64,000 bases of DNA from contig NC_086097.1 in the NCBI RefSeq assembly GCF_963921235.1, positions 74,216,001-74,280,000 of the forward strand, written 5' to 3'. The notes beneath the pieces are model-generated. The model searched no databases. It was given only the letters and a program-made list of their open reading frames with translations, and was not told the origin of the DNA. Source of the DNA: Mobula hypostoma (Eukaryota). Position numbers and translations under genes: made by a program. Shown here one piece after another: positions 62,251 through 64,000 of the stretch (within the stretch, counting starts at the first letter, position 1; each line of letters begins with the position of its first letter).

Positions 62251-64000
62251 CATAGAAACATATAAACATAGAAAACTTACAGCACAATACAGGCCCTTCA
62301 ACCCACAATACTGTGCTAAACATGTACTTATTTTACAAATTACCTAGGGTTACCCATAGCCCTCTATTTCTCTAAGCTCCATGTACCTATCCAGGAGTCT
62401 CTTAAAAGACCCTATCGTGACTACCTCCACCACCGTCACCGGCAGCCCATTCCACGCACTCACCACTCTCTGCGTAAAAAACTTACTCCTGACATCTCCT
62501 CTGTACCTACTTCCAAGCACATTAAAACTGTGCCATCTTGTGTTAGCCATTTCAGCCATGGGAAAAAGCCTTTCATTATCCACAAGGTCAATGCCTCTCA
62601 TCATCTTATACACCTCTATCAGGTCACTTCTCATCCTCCGCCGCTCCAAAGAGAAAAGGCCGAGTGCATTCAATCTTTTCTCATAAGGCATGCTCCCCAA
62701 TCCAGACGACATCCTTGTAAATCTCCTCTGCACCCTTTCTATAGTTCCCACATCCTTCCTGTAGTGAGGTGGCCAGGACTGAGCACAGTACTCCAAGTGG
62801 TGTCTGACCAAGGTCCTATATAGCTGTAACATTACCTCTCAGCTCTTAAGCTCAATCCCACTTTTGATGAAGGCCAATGCACTGTATACCTTCTTAACCA
62901 CAGAGTCATCCTGCATGGCAGCTTTGAGTGTCCTATAGACTCAGAACATAAGATCCCTGATCCTCTACACTGCCAAGAGTCTTACCATTAATACTATATT
63001 CTGCCATCTTATTTGACCTACCAAAATGAACCACCTCACACTTATCTGGGTTGAACTCCATCTGCCACTACTCAGCCCAGTTTTGCATCCTATCAATGTC
63101 CCGCTGTAACCTCTGACAGCCCTCCACACTATCCACAACACCCCCAACCTTTGTGTCATCAGAAAATTTACTAACCCTTCCCTCCACTTCCTCATCCAGG
63201 TCATTTATAAAAATCACCAAGAGAAGGGATCCCAGAACAGATGCCTGAGGCACACCACTGGTCATCGACCTCCATGCAGAATATGACCCATCTATAACCA
63301 CTCTTTGCCTTCTGTGGGCAAGCCAATTTTGGATCCACAAAGCAATGTCCCCATGGATCCCATACCTCCTTACATTTTCAATAAGCCTTGCATGGGGTAC
63401 TTTATCAAATGCCTTGCTGAAATCCAAATACACTGCTCTACCTTCATCAACGTGTTTAGTCACCTCCTCAAAAAATTCAATCAGGCTCATAAGGCACGAC
63501 AAATCCTGCCTCTCAAGATCTTTTCCATCAACTTACCAACCACTAAAGTAAGTCTCACTGGTCTATAATTTCCTGGGCTATCTCTACTCCCTTTCTTGAA
63601 TAAGGGAACAACATCTGCAACCCTCCAATCCTCCGGAACCTCTCCCATCCCCATTGATGATGTAAAGACCATTGCCAGAGGCGCAGCAATCTCCTCCCTC
63701 ACCTGGGGTGCATCTCATCAGGACCTGGAGACTTATCCAACTTGATGCTTTCCAAAAGCTCCAGTACATCCTCTTTCTTAATGTCTATACGCTCAAGCTT
63801 TTCAATCCACTGTAAGTCATCCCTACAATTGCCAAGATCCTTTTCTGTAGTGAACATAGAAAGTATTCATTAAGAATGTGTGTTATCTCCTCTGGTTCCA
63901 TACACACTTTTCCACTGTCACACTTGACTTGTCCTATTCTGTCATGTCTTACCCTCTTGCTCTTTACATACTTGTAGAATGCCTTGGGGTTTTCTTTATT
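62251..64000 (-). mobile_element. Younger CR1 LINE (RT to 3' end), extends beyond the window
   Basis: ORFs 63487..63702, 63068..63502 and 62350..62832: EDWRVADVVPLFKKG, YLDFSKAFDKVPH, KFSDDTKV, HLEYCAQ. (CATAGAAA)n tail. Confidence 0.95.

Noticed and set aside
1..64000. CRISPR array or prokaryotic operon/defence system
   Set aside because: No regularly spaced repeat-spacer array and no gene-dense organisation; the sequence is vertebrate repeat-rich DNA.

Overview
Eukaryotic, vertebrate-type DNA made mostly of nested, decayed retroelements. I recognise no intact host protein-coding gene, so this is probably a large intron or intergenic region. The repeat mix (abundant CR1 and Rex1/Babar LINEs, V-SINE/HE1-like SINEs, Penelope-like elements) suggests a cartilaginous fish, probably a ray or skate; this is inference. 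Main contents: (1) a degraded endogenous retrovirus at ~18.1-23.6 kb with gag, pro and pol (RT, tether, RNase H, integrase), no full env, and mixed clade signatures; (2) a chromodomain-bearing Gypsy/chromovirus inserted into the putative 3' LTR of that ERV, plus a second Gypsy remnant; (3) more than ten Penelope-like terminal repeats whose consensus is a minimal type I hammerhead ribozyme, several in inverted, TSD-flanked configurations; (4) a HERO-like R2-superfamily fragment with an open restriction-like endonuclease; (5) two copies of a ~680-bp CpG-rich non-coding retroposon with a YY1-like 5' motif; (6) modular tRNA-derived SINEs. Most ORFs in the supplied track are TE fragments or antisense noise. 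All coordinates were read by eye and element boundaries are approximate.
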